A stretch of DNA of 64,000 nucleotides from Candidatus Aldehydirespirator sp. (GCA_965220345.1 OZ244822.1:2059935-2123934), one strand, 5' to 3'. Counted from the first letter of the stretch, positions 9,012 to 17,383 are shown. Notes: a model not told the origin generated them from the sequence alone. Numbers and translations are program-made.

Positions 9012-9193
9012 CAAAGCGGCTAGCTGCTAGCTGAAGCCACCCAGATCTCGCCTCGCTTCATTCGCTGGTGAGTGTCGGGTTTGTGGCTTGGTGCTGGGTG
9101 ATCTAGCGTTGGCACGCTTGCCTAGCACCGAAAAACGGGCATCAACAGAACGAGCCCCAACTTGGTGAGCACTAAAACGAAAGGACGCAGGCG

Positions 9194-10558
9194 ATGGCCG
9201 ACGACTACTACCGAGTAATGCTGGCGGAATCTGAGATGCCGACTCAGTGGTACAACGTGATCCCAGACCTGCCGGAACCTCCGCCTCCGCCTTTGCATCC
9301 CGGCACTCTCGAACCAGCAGGCCCCGATGATTTAGCACCGCTGTTTCCGATGGAGCTGATCATGCAGGAAGTCACGGGTGACTCATACGTTGACATTCCT
9401 GGAGCGGTGATTGATGTGCTGCGTCTCTGGCGTCCGAGTCCACTGATGCGGGCGCGCCGCCTTGAGCAAGCTCTCGACACTCCCGCCAAAATCTTCTACA
9501 AATATGAGGGGGTTAGCCCCGCTGGTTCGCACAAACCCAACACTGCCGTACCGCAGGCTTACTACAACTACGCCGAGGGTGTCACCAAGCTCACCACCGA
9601 AACCGGTGCCGGGCAGTGGGGGAGTGCATTGTCGTTTGCTTGTGCTCAATACGGAATCGAATGCGAGGTGTGGCAGGTAGCCGCTTCGTATCGCCAGAAG
9701 CCCTACCGCAAGACCATGATGGAAGTGTGGGGTGCCACCGTGCATCCCAGCCCGTCGCCAGTGACCGACTACGGACGCAGCCTTCTTGCTGAAGACCCAG
9801 ATCATCCTGGATCGCTGGGCATCGCCATCTCTGAAGCGATCTCCATGGCGGCTGCTGACCCCAACGTGCGTTACGCGCTGGGCAGCGTGCTCAACCATGT
9901 GCTGCTGCATCAGACGATCATCGGTGAAGAAGCTTTGCGGCAGCTGGCGATGGTGGGCGAAACCCCTGACGTGCTAGTCGGCTGCACCGGCGGCGGGTCG
10001 AACTTCGGTGGTCTGGCTCTGCCGTTTTTGCGTGAGAAACTGGCGGGAAGAATGTCGCCGGTAATTCGCTGCGTCGAACCTGCTGCCTGTCCGACACTGA
10101 CCCGCGGTGTCTACCGTTACGACTTTGGTGACACGGCTCAGACCACGCCGCTGCTGAAGATGCACACCCTGGGACACGGTTTTATTCCTGAGCCGATCCA
10201 CGCTGGCGGGTTGCGTTATCACGGCATGTCGCCGCTGGTTTCGCACATCCACGAACTGGGACTAACCGAAGCAGTAGCCATCGAGCAGAACGAATGCTTC
10301 GCGGCTGGCTTGCAGTTCGCTCGCACTGAAGGGATCGTGCCTGCACCCGAACCGACTCACGCTATAGCGGCAACGGTTCGTGAGGCGCTGGCCTGCAAGC
10401 AGTCGGGTCAGTCCAAGACGATCTTGACAGCGTTGTGCGGTCACGGTCATCTTGATCTGGCTTCGTATGAGGCTTACATCGCCGGTTCGATGACCGATTT
10501 CGACTTGTCAGATGAGGCGCTGGCTGAATCAATCCAAGCCGTCCCCGCCCTGACATAG
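9194..10558 (+). CDS. trpB: TrpB-like PLP-dependent enzyme (tryptophan synthase beta, TrpB2 type)
   Basis: [15 protein letters not shown]..., [16 protein letters not shown] (PLP lysine); the 454-aa length is typical of TrpB2. Confidence 0.88.
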   Translation: MADDYYRVMLAESEMPTQWYNVIPDLPEPPPPPLHPGTLEPAGPDDLAPLFPMELIMQEVTGDSYVDIPGAVIDVLRLWRPSPLMRARRLEQALDTPAKIFYKYEGVSPAGSHKPNTAVPQAYYNYAEGVTKLTTETGAGQWGSALSFACAQYGIECEVWQVAASYRQKPYRKTMMEVWGATVHPSPSPVTDYGRSLLAEDPDHPGSLGIAISEAISMAAADPNVRYALGSVLNHVLLHQTIIGEEALRQLAMVGETPDVLVGCTGGGSNFGGLALPFLREKLAGRMSPVIRCVEPAACPTLTRGVYRYDFGDTAQTTPLLKMHTLGHGFIPEPIHAGGLRYHGMSPLVSHIHELGLTEAVAIEQNECFAAGLQFARTEGIVPAPEPTHAIAATVREALACKQSGQSKTILTALCGHGHLDLASYEAYIAGSMTDFDLSDEALAESIQAVPALT

Positions 10559-10593
10559 CCCAAGGCAGTCTGCCAGCCAAAAGACGGCGAACT

Positions 10594-11568
10594 CTAGTGG
10601 TGGATGCAATTGAGTTTAGTGTAGGTGTTGTGGGCTGATTGCCAGTTGTGGAGTATGCGGGGCATGTGGTTGAGGTTGTCTTCGATGACAGCGAGGTGTG
10701 CTGGGTTGATGTTGAGGTCTGTGCTTTTGGGTAGCCAGCGGCGTATGAGTCCGTTGGTTTGTTCGTTGCTGGCGCGTTGCCACGGGCTGTGAGCGTCGCA
10801 GAAGTAGATGTTGATGCCTAGGGCTTGTTCGATGTCAGCCCAGCGCGCCTTTCGCGTCCTTGGTCCCAGGTGAGAGTTTTGACAAGATGTTTGGGTTGAC
10901 GTGACAGTGCTGCGATGATTGCTGTGGCGGTGTGTTTGGCTGTGTATCCCTGCGGTAGGGCGGCGAGCACGGTCTGGCGGGTGACGCGTTCAACAAGTGT
11001 GGCTATGGCGCTGGCGTTGTTGGCTCCGATGATTAGGTCGCCTTCTGTAATGGCCAGCCTCAACGCGCTGCTCAACAGCTATCGGTCGTTGTGTGATCGG
11101 TTTGTAATCGCCTAAAGCATTGGGTTTTCGTATGCTGCGGTTGCGGGGTTTGCGGCTACGGCAGCGTCTCGGTAACAGCCTGAAAGCGCCCTTGGGTAGT
11201 CCCCGTGAACCGGTTGGGTCATAACAAGCCATATAGATCGTCTCCGCGCAGATCTGATATCCCTCGACGCGTAGATCAGCACTAATCGCGTGCGGTGACC
11301 AGCGCATCATCTGACGTTCATGCACCATCTCAGCTAGTTCACGATCCACCACAAGTTTGGGTTGCTTCGGGCGACGCGCTCGCTGATCCGTGAGATGCTG
11401 CGCCACTGACGCGTCATAACCATCGTTATCGCTGCTGTTGCGTTTTTGTTCTCGATAAATCGTTGAAGGATCCCGACCCAGCTGTCGTGCGATCTGTTGA
11501 GCATCAACCCCCACTGTGCGTAACGCCTCAATACGAGCGCGTTCGTCAAAGCTCAGCCTCGCCGCCAT
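10594..11568 (-). mobile_element. IS30-family transposase gene, disrupted by two compensating frameshifts (pseudogene)
   Basis: ATG 11568 with a GGAGG RBS. The HTH part reads MAARLSFDERARIEALR...QIARQLGRDPSTIYRE. The frame is lost at ...EAGH(W)EGDLIIG (~11040) and regained at ...TWDQGRE/MARW (~10830). The C-terminus reads YFCDAHSPWQRASNEQTNGLIRRWLPK, with the stop at 10594-10596. Terminal inverted repeats were not identified. Confidence 0.8.
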
Positions 11569-11809
11569 AATAAAACCTCCACCGGATGGTTGCTTGTAGT
11601 ACGACCGACCATCATGGCTGATCAATTGCAACCACCGGTGGAGTCCGCCCTCAATCAAACCGTATTCACGGCAGAGCAACGGTATTCCTGGACAGATATC
11701 TTGCAAAACAACGCAGAGAGGCGCGACATTGCGGCAAGCCTTCATCATGGATGAGCCACCGTGCGCGCGGGCTCTGGATCGCCATCTGTCTCACGGTAGC
11801 CTTACCGTT

Positions 11810-12244
11810 ATGTCCACTCAGCTAGTCGCCGATGCCCCTGAGCTAGGCGACATGCCAGCATGGGTCATCAACAATCGGTTAGCTGCCTATGTGCCAGCGT
11901 TGCGTGAATACGACGACGAGTTCAGGTTTCGGGTGGTGACCAGCGGTTTCGGGACGGTGTGGATTAGCGGCAACAGTGATGAGCAGAAGGCGCTTGTAGA
12001 GGAAGAGCCGGAACCGTTTGAGCCGTTTTGGGATGCGTTCCTGGCTGCTTGGGCTGAATACCTGTGCAAAGAGGAAGGTCTTCCACCTCCAGCCTGGGTC
12101 ACCAAACCTGAACGGTATCTCCCAACGATGCGCTGGGGAGCAGACTATTTCCCGTCCGAGCGGGGACGTGTTGTGGTTACCACACCCGGCGTGTTTGAGG
12201 AGCACGGCATCTGGGTCTCCGACAATGATCTTCTGATTGTGTGA
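11810..12244 (+). CDS. Hypothetical protein, possible partner/antitoxin of the downstream nucleotidyltransferase
   Basis: 144-aa ORF from ATG 11810, ending 6 nt before the next gene. No HTH recognised. The longer ORF-track start at 11729 runs into IS30 flanking sequence. Confidence 0.45.
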   Translation: MSTQLVADAPELGDMPAWVINNRLAAYVPALREYDDEFRFRVVTSGFGTVWISGNSDEQKALVEEEPEPFEPFWDAFLAAWAEYLCKEEGLPPPAWVTKPERYLPTMRWGADYFPSERGRVVVTTPGVFEEHGIWVSDNDLLIV

Positions 12245-12250
12245 ACAACC

Positions 12251-12931
12251 GTGCCAGATCCGACCTTGAAACGTGATGATCTGCTGGCAGCTCTCAGCGA
12301 AGTCGCTGATTTGATGAGCGACCGGGGACAGAAAGGTCGTCTGTATTTAGCTGGTGGTGCCGCCATGGTGCTTGCCTACTCCGTAGACAGAGGCACACAG
12401 GATGTTGATGCCGCTATTGAGGCAGGTTACGCAGCAGTTATGGCTGCCGTGCATGAAGTCGCGGATAGACGCGGATGGACGAAGAGTTGGCTCAACGAGA
12501 GGGCCACTGCCTATATGCCACGTCCTGAACAACGCCACAGCATCACGGTATTTGAGCATCCAGCGCTAACCGTACTCGCAGCAACATTGGATGCCATGCT
12601 TGCGATGAAGGTGAGAGCAGGTCGTCGTAAAGATCTGTCCGACATTAGGCACCTGCTACAGATGAATAACTGCACCACTATGGAGCAGGTTGAGACGATA
12701 GTAGAAACTATATTCCCGGATGAGCCTCTAGGAGAACGGCAGCGGCGGTGGTTAGCGGACATCCTGCCCAGTAGTCACAACGGAACCGGGCAGCGAAAAT
12801 CCAGCAAGGTGAGCCCGCCGGTCATAGCGCCTCGATGCAACGGCAAGGTGCGTCTCAACAAGAACGGTCGCCGTGACACTCCATGCGTGTTGGCTGCTGG
12901 GCACAAAGGACCGCACCGCAGCATCGTATAA
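12251..12931 (+). CDS. Nucleotidyltransferase-fold protein (DUF6036/AbiEii-like), with a Cys/His-containing basic tail
   Basis: LYLAGGAAMVL...RGTQDVDAAI fits the minimal NTase GG...DxD pattern. MKVRAGRRKDLSDIRHL is a typical downstream helix. The C-terminus carries C-x16-C-x5-H-x4-H. Confidence 0.6.
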   Translation: MPDPTLKRDDLLAALSEVADLMSDRGQKGRLYLAGGAAMVLAYSVDRGTQDVDAAIEAGYAAVMAAVHEVADRRGWTKSWLNERATAYMPRPEQRHSITVFEHPALTVLAATLDAMLAMKVRAGRRKDLSDIRHLLQMNNCTTMEQVETIVETIFPDEPLGERQRRWLADILPSSHNGTGQRKSSKVSPPVIAPRCNGKVRLNKNGRRDTPCVLAAGHKGPHRSIV

Positions 12932-13012
12932 CAGTTCTCTAACTGTGAAGAGGACTGCGCAGGCTTCGAGCTACACGGCTCACGTAACCGACTGACGCTC
13001 CGCACATCGCCG

Positions 13013-13354
13013 CTATTTCTGCGTAGGTTGCTTCGGCATCTGATCCCAGGTCACGCCCTCTAGTAGCCTGCCGCCAGCTTTCGGAGTACGTCCGCCCCAC
13101 TGTTTGAAGAAGAAAGCAACATCAGCGGCTACGCAAGCGTCACGCAGCTCAGTAACCCAGGATGCAGCCATCGGACGGGCATTGATACCAGATTCGCCGC
13201 CTGCGATCACCCAGTGGATTCCTTGCAGATCGATACCGTGTAACGAGCCGAGCAGAGGCTCCGCGCTCACGAACCTGACCGCTGCCACACGTTCGTGAGC
13301 CCGTGAACATGGTTCCAGCGGTAGCGCAATCCCTTCCACTCCACACCTGTGATG
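13013..13354 (-). pseudogene. Phage Gp37/Gp68 (DUF5131) family gene remnant with a large internal deletion
   Basis: The C-terminal ~100 aa is intact: VRFVSAEPLLG...IHWVIAGGESG..ARPM...FFFKQWGG. Upstream, out of frame, ITGVEWKGLRYRWNHVHG resembles the family N-terminus (IEW...WNP..GC). The ~140 aa in between are missing. Confidence 0.6.
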
Positions 13355-13485
13355 GGTTTCAGACCGTCGATTGAGTAATAAGGACGACCGTCGGGGTCTC
13401 CATGCACATTGGCATAGTCAACCAGCCTCTGCATGGGCTCCGCTGGCGGCGGGTACCAGAGCCAGCCCTGAGCACAGTTATCCTC

Positions 13486-13506
13486 ACCATCAAAGACAAC
13501 GACTAA
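13486..13506 (+). repeat. 21-nt exact copy of the 3' end (including stop) of the large secreted-protein gene
   Basis: ACCATCAAAGACAACGACTAA occurs at 13486-13506 and at 17285-17305. In frame, the upstream copy reads ...ILTIKDND*. Confidence 0.9.
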
Positions 13507-13533
13507 AGCACCCTGTCCAGATTAGAGCGCCTC

Positions 13534-13547
13534 GGGGGGGGGGGGGG
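13534..13547 (+). repeat. Homopolymer G14
   Basis: Counted directly; flanked by ...GCGCCTC and TAAGTCG... Confidence 0.95.
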
Positions 13548-13595
13548 TAAGTCGAAGGCTGTCGGCTGTTAGAATGTCTCTAGGGAGGGTGTTTG

Positions 13596-13862
13596 ATGTC
13601 CGAATCGTCTGAGATCATTTTTGAGGTCAGCGAGGACGAAGCTGACGGAAGTTTCTCCGCCGAAGCTGTGGGATACGGTATCCACACCGAAGGTGCCACG
13701 GCGGACGAGGTTCGAAGCAACATCCAAGAGGCAGTCGATTGCTACTTTGACGAGTCCTCTCCGCGCCCCGGTGTCATTCGCCTCCACTTCATTCGCGAAG
13801 AGGTTCTGAGGTTCGGGGGATGGTGGCGTGTGGTTGCGTTTGTCTGCTATGCTTTTAGTTGA
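13596..13862 (+). CDS. HicB-like (UPF0150-type) small protein, orphan
   Basis: GGGAGGG RBS 7 nt before ATG 13596. IIFEVSEDEADGSFSAEAVGYGIHTEGATADEVRSNIQEAVDCYF is the HicB N-domain pattern. No adjacent hicA. The hydrophobic C-terminus is atypical. Confidence 0.5.
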   Translation: MSESSEIIFEVSEDEADGSFSAEAVGYGIHTEGATADEVRSNIQEAVDCYFDESSPRPGVIRLHFIREEVLRFGGWWRVVAFVCYAFS

Positions 13863-13969
13863 TGTGTCCGTTGTTAGCCCTTTGGGCTGGTTAGGAGCTA
13901 GTCATGTTTGGTTCTACCGCTTCGTTTGGTGGTGTGGGTTTGTCGTCGCTTGACGTGTCTGTGACCCGC

Positions 13970-13980
13970 GGGGGGGGGGG
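13970..13980 (+). repeat. Homopolymer G11, 10 nt upstream of the signal-peptide ATG
   Basis: Counted directly; CGC-G11-TGGCTGCCTG-ATG(13991). Confidence 0.95.
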
Positions 13981-13990
13981 TGGCTGCCTG

Positions 13991-16900
13991 ATGTTTCGGT
14001 TTGGGTGGTCGCGTGCGTTGGTTGCGCTGCTGGTGGCGGTGTTGTTTGCTGTTGGGCTTGGGGTTGTTGATTCTGGGCGTGTAGTTGCTCAGTCCACTCC
14101 GCCGGATCCGGTTTCGGCTCCTGTTGTTAATGCTGATGGCACGGTTACGGTACCGTTTTGGTGGTCGTTGAATCCTGCTGGTAGTCGTGCGGGTGATAAG
14201 TTTCGCCTGTTGTTTGCAACTTCTACGACTCGTAACGCTGTTCCGACTAATATTGATGTTTATAACCAGTTTGTGCAGGCTCGCGCGGCTGCGGGGCATC
14301 CTGCTATTCAGGGTCATTCGTCTGAGTTTCGGGTGGTGGGTTCTTCGCGTACGGTGGATGCTCGTGTGAATGCTCGGTTGCGGTCTTCTGATGATGTGGT
14401 GGCTCCAGTTTATTGGTTGAATGGGCCGCGCATATCACGAGATTATAGCAATACTGCTGGGCAGGGGTTTTGGTCGTCTGCTTGGGAGAACTCACTCTCT
14501 AGTAGTCATGTGCGTGATGAGCGTGGACGCAGCTTCGGCAACGGTACAAATCAGTTTAATCTGGCTGCGCCCCTTGTTTGGACAGGCACTAACACTGACG
14601 GCACGAAAGCTCGTCAGCCTTTCGGTGGCAGAGACCAGTTTCAAAACGCTGTGAGATTCGGAAATTTTGCGACTCATCCCAATCCTATTAGTGGTGGTTC
14701 AGGCTCAAACGTTGCTGGGACTTTTTTATATTCTTTGTATGGTATTTCGCCGGTGTATGTGATTGCTGCTAATGCGTATGATTGTGATGATGGTGATGGT
14801 GATGCTACGACACTCAAGTTGTTTGAGACTGCTGTTGCGGATTCGTATTGTGATTTTGTGGCTCCTGCGGGTACGGTTTGGCGGAGTGTGGATTCTGTTG
14901 AGGTGACGAAACTGGAGTTGGCGCCTGAGGTGGCTCCTGAGGCGGTGTTTGGGGATCCGAGGGTTGTGACTGCTGGTATGGATATCAATGATACTGCTTT
15001 ACGTAATGAACGTATTTTTCATGACCGCACAACTTTTGTTGATAGGTCTGGTGGTACCCCGGCCGGTAATCCCGCGGATCGTAGTAATTATGTAGCGTAT
15101 TTCGATCAACCTGTTGCGTCTGATACTTCTGGGGGTTACAGGGTTATTGATTTGTTGGCTGGCACTTTGGATTCTGGTGGTCGTCCTACTAATAATGTTG
15201 ATGCTGCGTTGATGAAGAAGTTGGCGTATTCGTTGGTGACGGTTGATTTAGCGAGTTTTGATGGTGAGACGGGTAATGAGACTGCTTCTTTGAGGTTTAG
15301 GGATGGTCCGTTGTGCGCGTCCGCGTTTCAGCTTGGCGACACGCGCGCTAAAGCAGCAGTAGTTGATCCTGACACGAATATGGAGACTTCTCCGGCTGTG
15401 CCGTATTCGCCGGGTTTGTTTCCGTATGGTGTGTTCGGGTATTTTTGGGGTAAATATGAGGGTTCGTCGGTTGAGGGGCGTACTGCTGCGTGTGTGCAGT
15501 TTGAGTTGGAGGTTACTTTGAGCCCGGCTGATGATAGTACTCCTAAAACGATCAAGGTTCGTGTGAAAGATAATCAGAATGGTCGTCATTCTGTGTTTAG
15601 TGAAAACTATCCGAAACACACTGTGCAACAACAAGAAACCAGCAGCAGTGATGCTGTGTCAGCGCAGTTGTTGGCTGATGTGAAAGGCTATGCGGGTGAG
15701 GCTTTTCATGGCACTGAGCATGTGAACCGTTGGAAACGAGTGCTGTTGGCTTTTGGTGAGAGCGTGTCTGGGTTCACGGGCACACCAATGACCGCAGTCG
15801 AAGCGCAAAGCTATGTTGATAAAGGCTGGAGTCGTTGGGATCCAGTCGTGACCGCGCTCACAGCGTTAGAGGCACAAGCCAGCACCGATACCACGGACAC
15901 CAGCGAAACCGAAACGACCGACACTGAGACTGAAACGACTGAGACTGAAACGACTAGTGAGTCTGGTTATGTGGTGCCTGCATCTTTGGTTGCGAACGTG
16001 CAGGGTTACGCGGCTGAAACCGGTAACGGTGCCGCGCATGTGAATCGTTGGAAGCGTGTGCTGCTGGCGTTTGGTGAAACCGTGCCCGGCTTCACCGGCA
16101 CACCAATGACCATCTCTGAAGCGCAGGGTTTCGCGAATCAGTTCTGGAGTGTTCGCTGGGATCCGGTAGTGGCTGCGCTCACAGCATTAGAAACAAACCA
16201 ACAACAACAACAATCCCAAAAGCAACAACAGGATCCCACACCAGTAGACCCCACACCACCACCGACTCCTGAGATCAGCATCACCGCAGGTAACACGGTC
16301 ACTGAGGGCGGGTCTGCGGTGTTCACGCTTAGCGCGTCTCCGGCACCCTCGACAGCGTTGCAGGTCAACGCGAATGTCACCGCTTCAGGGGCTTATGGTG
16401 TGACCACAGGCTCACAAACAGTCACAATCGGAACCAGCGGCACCGCCACGTTCACAGTCGCTACGACCGGTGACTCAACTGACGAGCCTGACGGGTCTGT
16501 GACCGTCACATTGGCTACCGGCAGCGGTTATGACTTGGATTCGTCTGCATCTTCAGCAACCGTGAATATCTCTGATGATGACAATCCGCCGCCGCCACCG
16601 ACTCCTGAGATCAGCATCACCGCTGGCAGTAATGTCACTGAGGGCGGGTCGGCTTCGTTCACGCTTAGCGCGTCTCCGGTGCCGTCAGCAGCGTTGCAGG
16701 TCAACGCGAATGTCACCGCTTCAGGTGATTATGGTGTGACCACAGGCTCCCAGACAGTCACAATCGGAACCAGCGGCACCGCCACGTTCACGGTTGCTAC
16801 GACGGGTGACAGCATTGATGAACCTGACGGGTCCGTAACCGTCACCCTGACGGCTGGCAGCGGCTACACTCTGGATTCGTCAGCATCAGCAGCAACCGTG

Positions 16901-17305
16901 ACTGTGTCTGATGATGACAACCCACCACCACCATCACCACCACCACCTCCGGCGAATACGGTCACGATTTCTGTGGAGGAGTCTACTTATGTTGAGGGTC
17001 GCAGTCCGTTTTATCTTGTTCGGTTCAGGTTAAGTAAGCCTGCTAGTGAACAGGTGACAGTTAAATACACACCCAAAGCGCTTGGTACAGGTTCTGGGTA
17101 TGCGACAGCAGGCGAGGATTTCGTGTTACGGACTTCGTCTATTACTTTCAGGCCGGGTGTGACTTTCAATATTGGTTTGATATGGGCGTTGAATGATCGC
17201 GTCAAAGAACCCGATGAAACATTCACGATCGTGTTATCAGAACCCACAGGCGGTGTGCATATAAGCGACAAGCAACCCGTCTTGACCATCAAAGACAACG
17301 ACTAA
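13991..17305 (+). CDS. Large secreted repeat protein (~1104 aa): signal peptide, lectin/endostatin-like N-domain (tentative), 2 copies of an unknown ~70-aa domain, 3 Calx-beta-like domains
   Basis: MFRFGWSRALVALLVAVLFAVGLGVVDSGRVVA|QS is a Sec signal. The duplicated module is ...HVNRWKRVLLAFGE..GFTGTPMT..EAQ...RWDPVV.ALTALE. The Calx-beta-like units contain ITAG..VTEGGSA.FTLSASP...DEPDGSVTVTL...V.ISDDDNPPPP. Linkers are TD/TE-rich and Q-rich. The ORF track starts at 13904, but the signal peptide starts at M30. Confidence 0.8.
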   Translation: MFRFGWSRALVALLVAVLFAVGLGVVDSGRVVAQSTPPDPVSAPVVNADGTVTVPFWWSLNPAGSRAGDKFRLLFATSTTRNAVPTNIDVYNQFVQARAAAGHPAIQGHSSEFRVVGSSRTVDARVNARLRSSDDVVAPVYWLNGPRISRDYSNTAGQGFWSSAWENSLSSSHVRDERGRSFGNGTNQFNLAAPLVWTGTNTDGTKARQPFGGRDQFQNAVRFGNFATHPNPISGGSGSNVAGTFLYSLYGISPVYVIAANAYDCDDGDGDATTLKLFETAVADSYCDFVAPAGTVWRSVDSVEVTKLELAPEVAPEAVFGDPRVVTAGMDINDTALRNERIFHDRTTFVDRSGGTPAGNPADRSNYVAYFDQPVASDTSGGYRVIDLLAGTLDSGGRPTNNVDAALMKKLAYSLVTVDLASFDGETGNETASLRFRDGPLCASAFQLGDTRAKAAVVDPDTNMETSPAVPYSPGLFPYGVFGYFWGKYEGSSVEGRTAACVQFELEVTLSPADDSTPKTIKVRVKDNQNGRHSVFSENYPKHTVQQQETSSSDAVSAQLLADVKGYAGEAFHGTEHVNRWKRVLLAFGESVSGFTGTPMTAVEAQSYVDKGWSRWDPVVTALTALEAQASTDTTDTSETETTDTETETTETETTSESGYVVPASLVANVQGYAAETGNGAAHVNRWKRVLLAFGETVPGFTGTPMTISEAQGFANQFWSVRWDPVVAALTALETNQQQQQSQKQQQDPTPVDPTPPPTPEISITAGNTVTEGGSAVFTLSASPAPSTALQVNANVTASGAYGVTTGSQTVTIGTSGTATFTVATTGDSTDEPDGSVTVTLATGSGYDLDSSASSATVNISDDDNPPPPPTPEISITAGSNVTEGGSASFTLSASPVPSAALQVNANVTASGDYGVTTGSQTVTIGTSGTATFTVATTGDSIDEPDGSVTVTLTAGSGYTLDSSASAATVTVSDDDNPPPPSPPPPPANTVTISVEESTYVEGRSPFYLVRFRLSKPASEQVTVKYTPKALGTGSGYATAGEDFVLRTSSITFRPGVTFNIGLIWALNDRVKEPDETFTIVLSEPTGGVHISDKQPVLTIKDND
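16262..16933 (+). repeat. Tandem direct repeat, 2 x 336 bp (112 aa each), inside the secreted-protein gene
   Basis: Both units start with CCGACTCCTGAGATCAGCATCACCGC, at 16262 and 16598. Roughly 85-90% identical by eye. Confidence 0.9.
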
Positions 17306-17383
17306 CCACCAACCCCAGCCACACAAGCGCAAGCAGTAGCAAAGTCGGCAACGCCCACTCCTGAAGGCTTGTCTTGTTACTTG

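Noticed and set aside
9012-9193. A possible riboswitch, T-box or attenuator in the 181-nt trpB2 leader
   Set aside because: One hairpin (GGTGCT...AGCACC) is visible. There is no specifier/T-box motif, Trp-codon leader peptide or terminator T-tract, so the evidence is insufficient.
11569-11809. The long starts of the 252-aa minus-strand ORF (to 11748) and the 171-aa plus-strand ORF (from 11729)
   Set aside because: The IS30 transposase has a clean GGAGG-ATG at 11568 with the expected MAARLSFDE HTH N-terminus. The extensions overlap each other and have no supporting signal.
10560-11810. Terminal inverted repeats delimiting the IS30 element
   Set aside because: I compared the 35 nt beyond the stop with the ~240 nt beyond the start by eye and found no convincing inverted pair. 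The element boundaries are therefore left undefined.
13904-13990. ATG 13904 as the true start of the large secreted protein
   Set aside because: The signal peptide begins at M30 (13991). The upstream 29 codons are Gly/Ser/Val-rich, include the G11 tract, and look non-coding. The in-frame relationship is nevertheless noted as a finding.
13898-15634. Minus-strand and alternative-frame ORFs inside the secreted-protein gene (for example 13898..14317 and 15248..15634)
   Set aside because: They have extreme Arg/Asn/Thr/Ile low-complexity composition produced by reading the G+T-rich strand backwards, and they lie entirely inside a well-supported gene.
16262-16933. The 336-bp repeats as template/variable repeats of a diversity-generating retroelement
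   Set aside because: The differences between copies are not confined to adenine positions. The copies are tandem and both coding, and there is no reverse transcriptase gene in the window.
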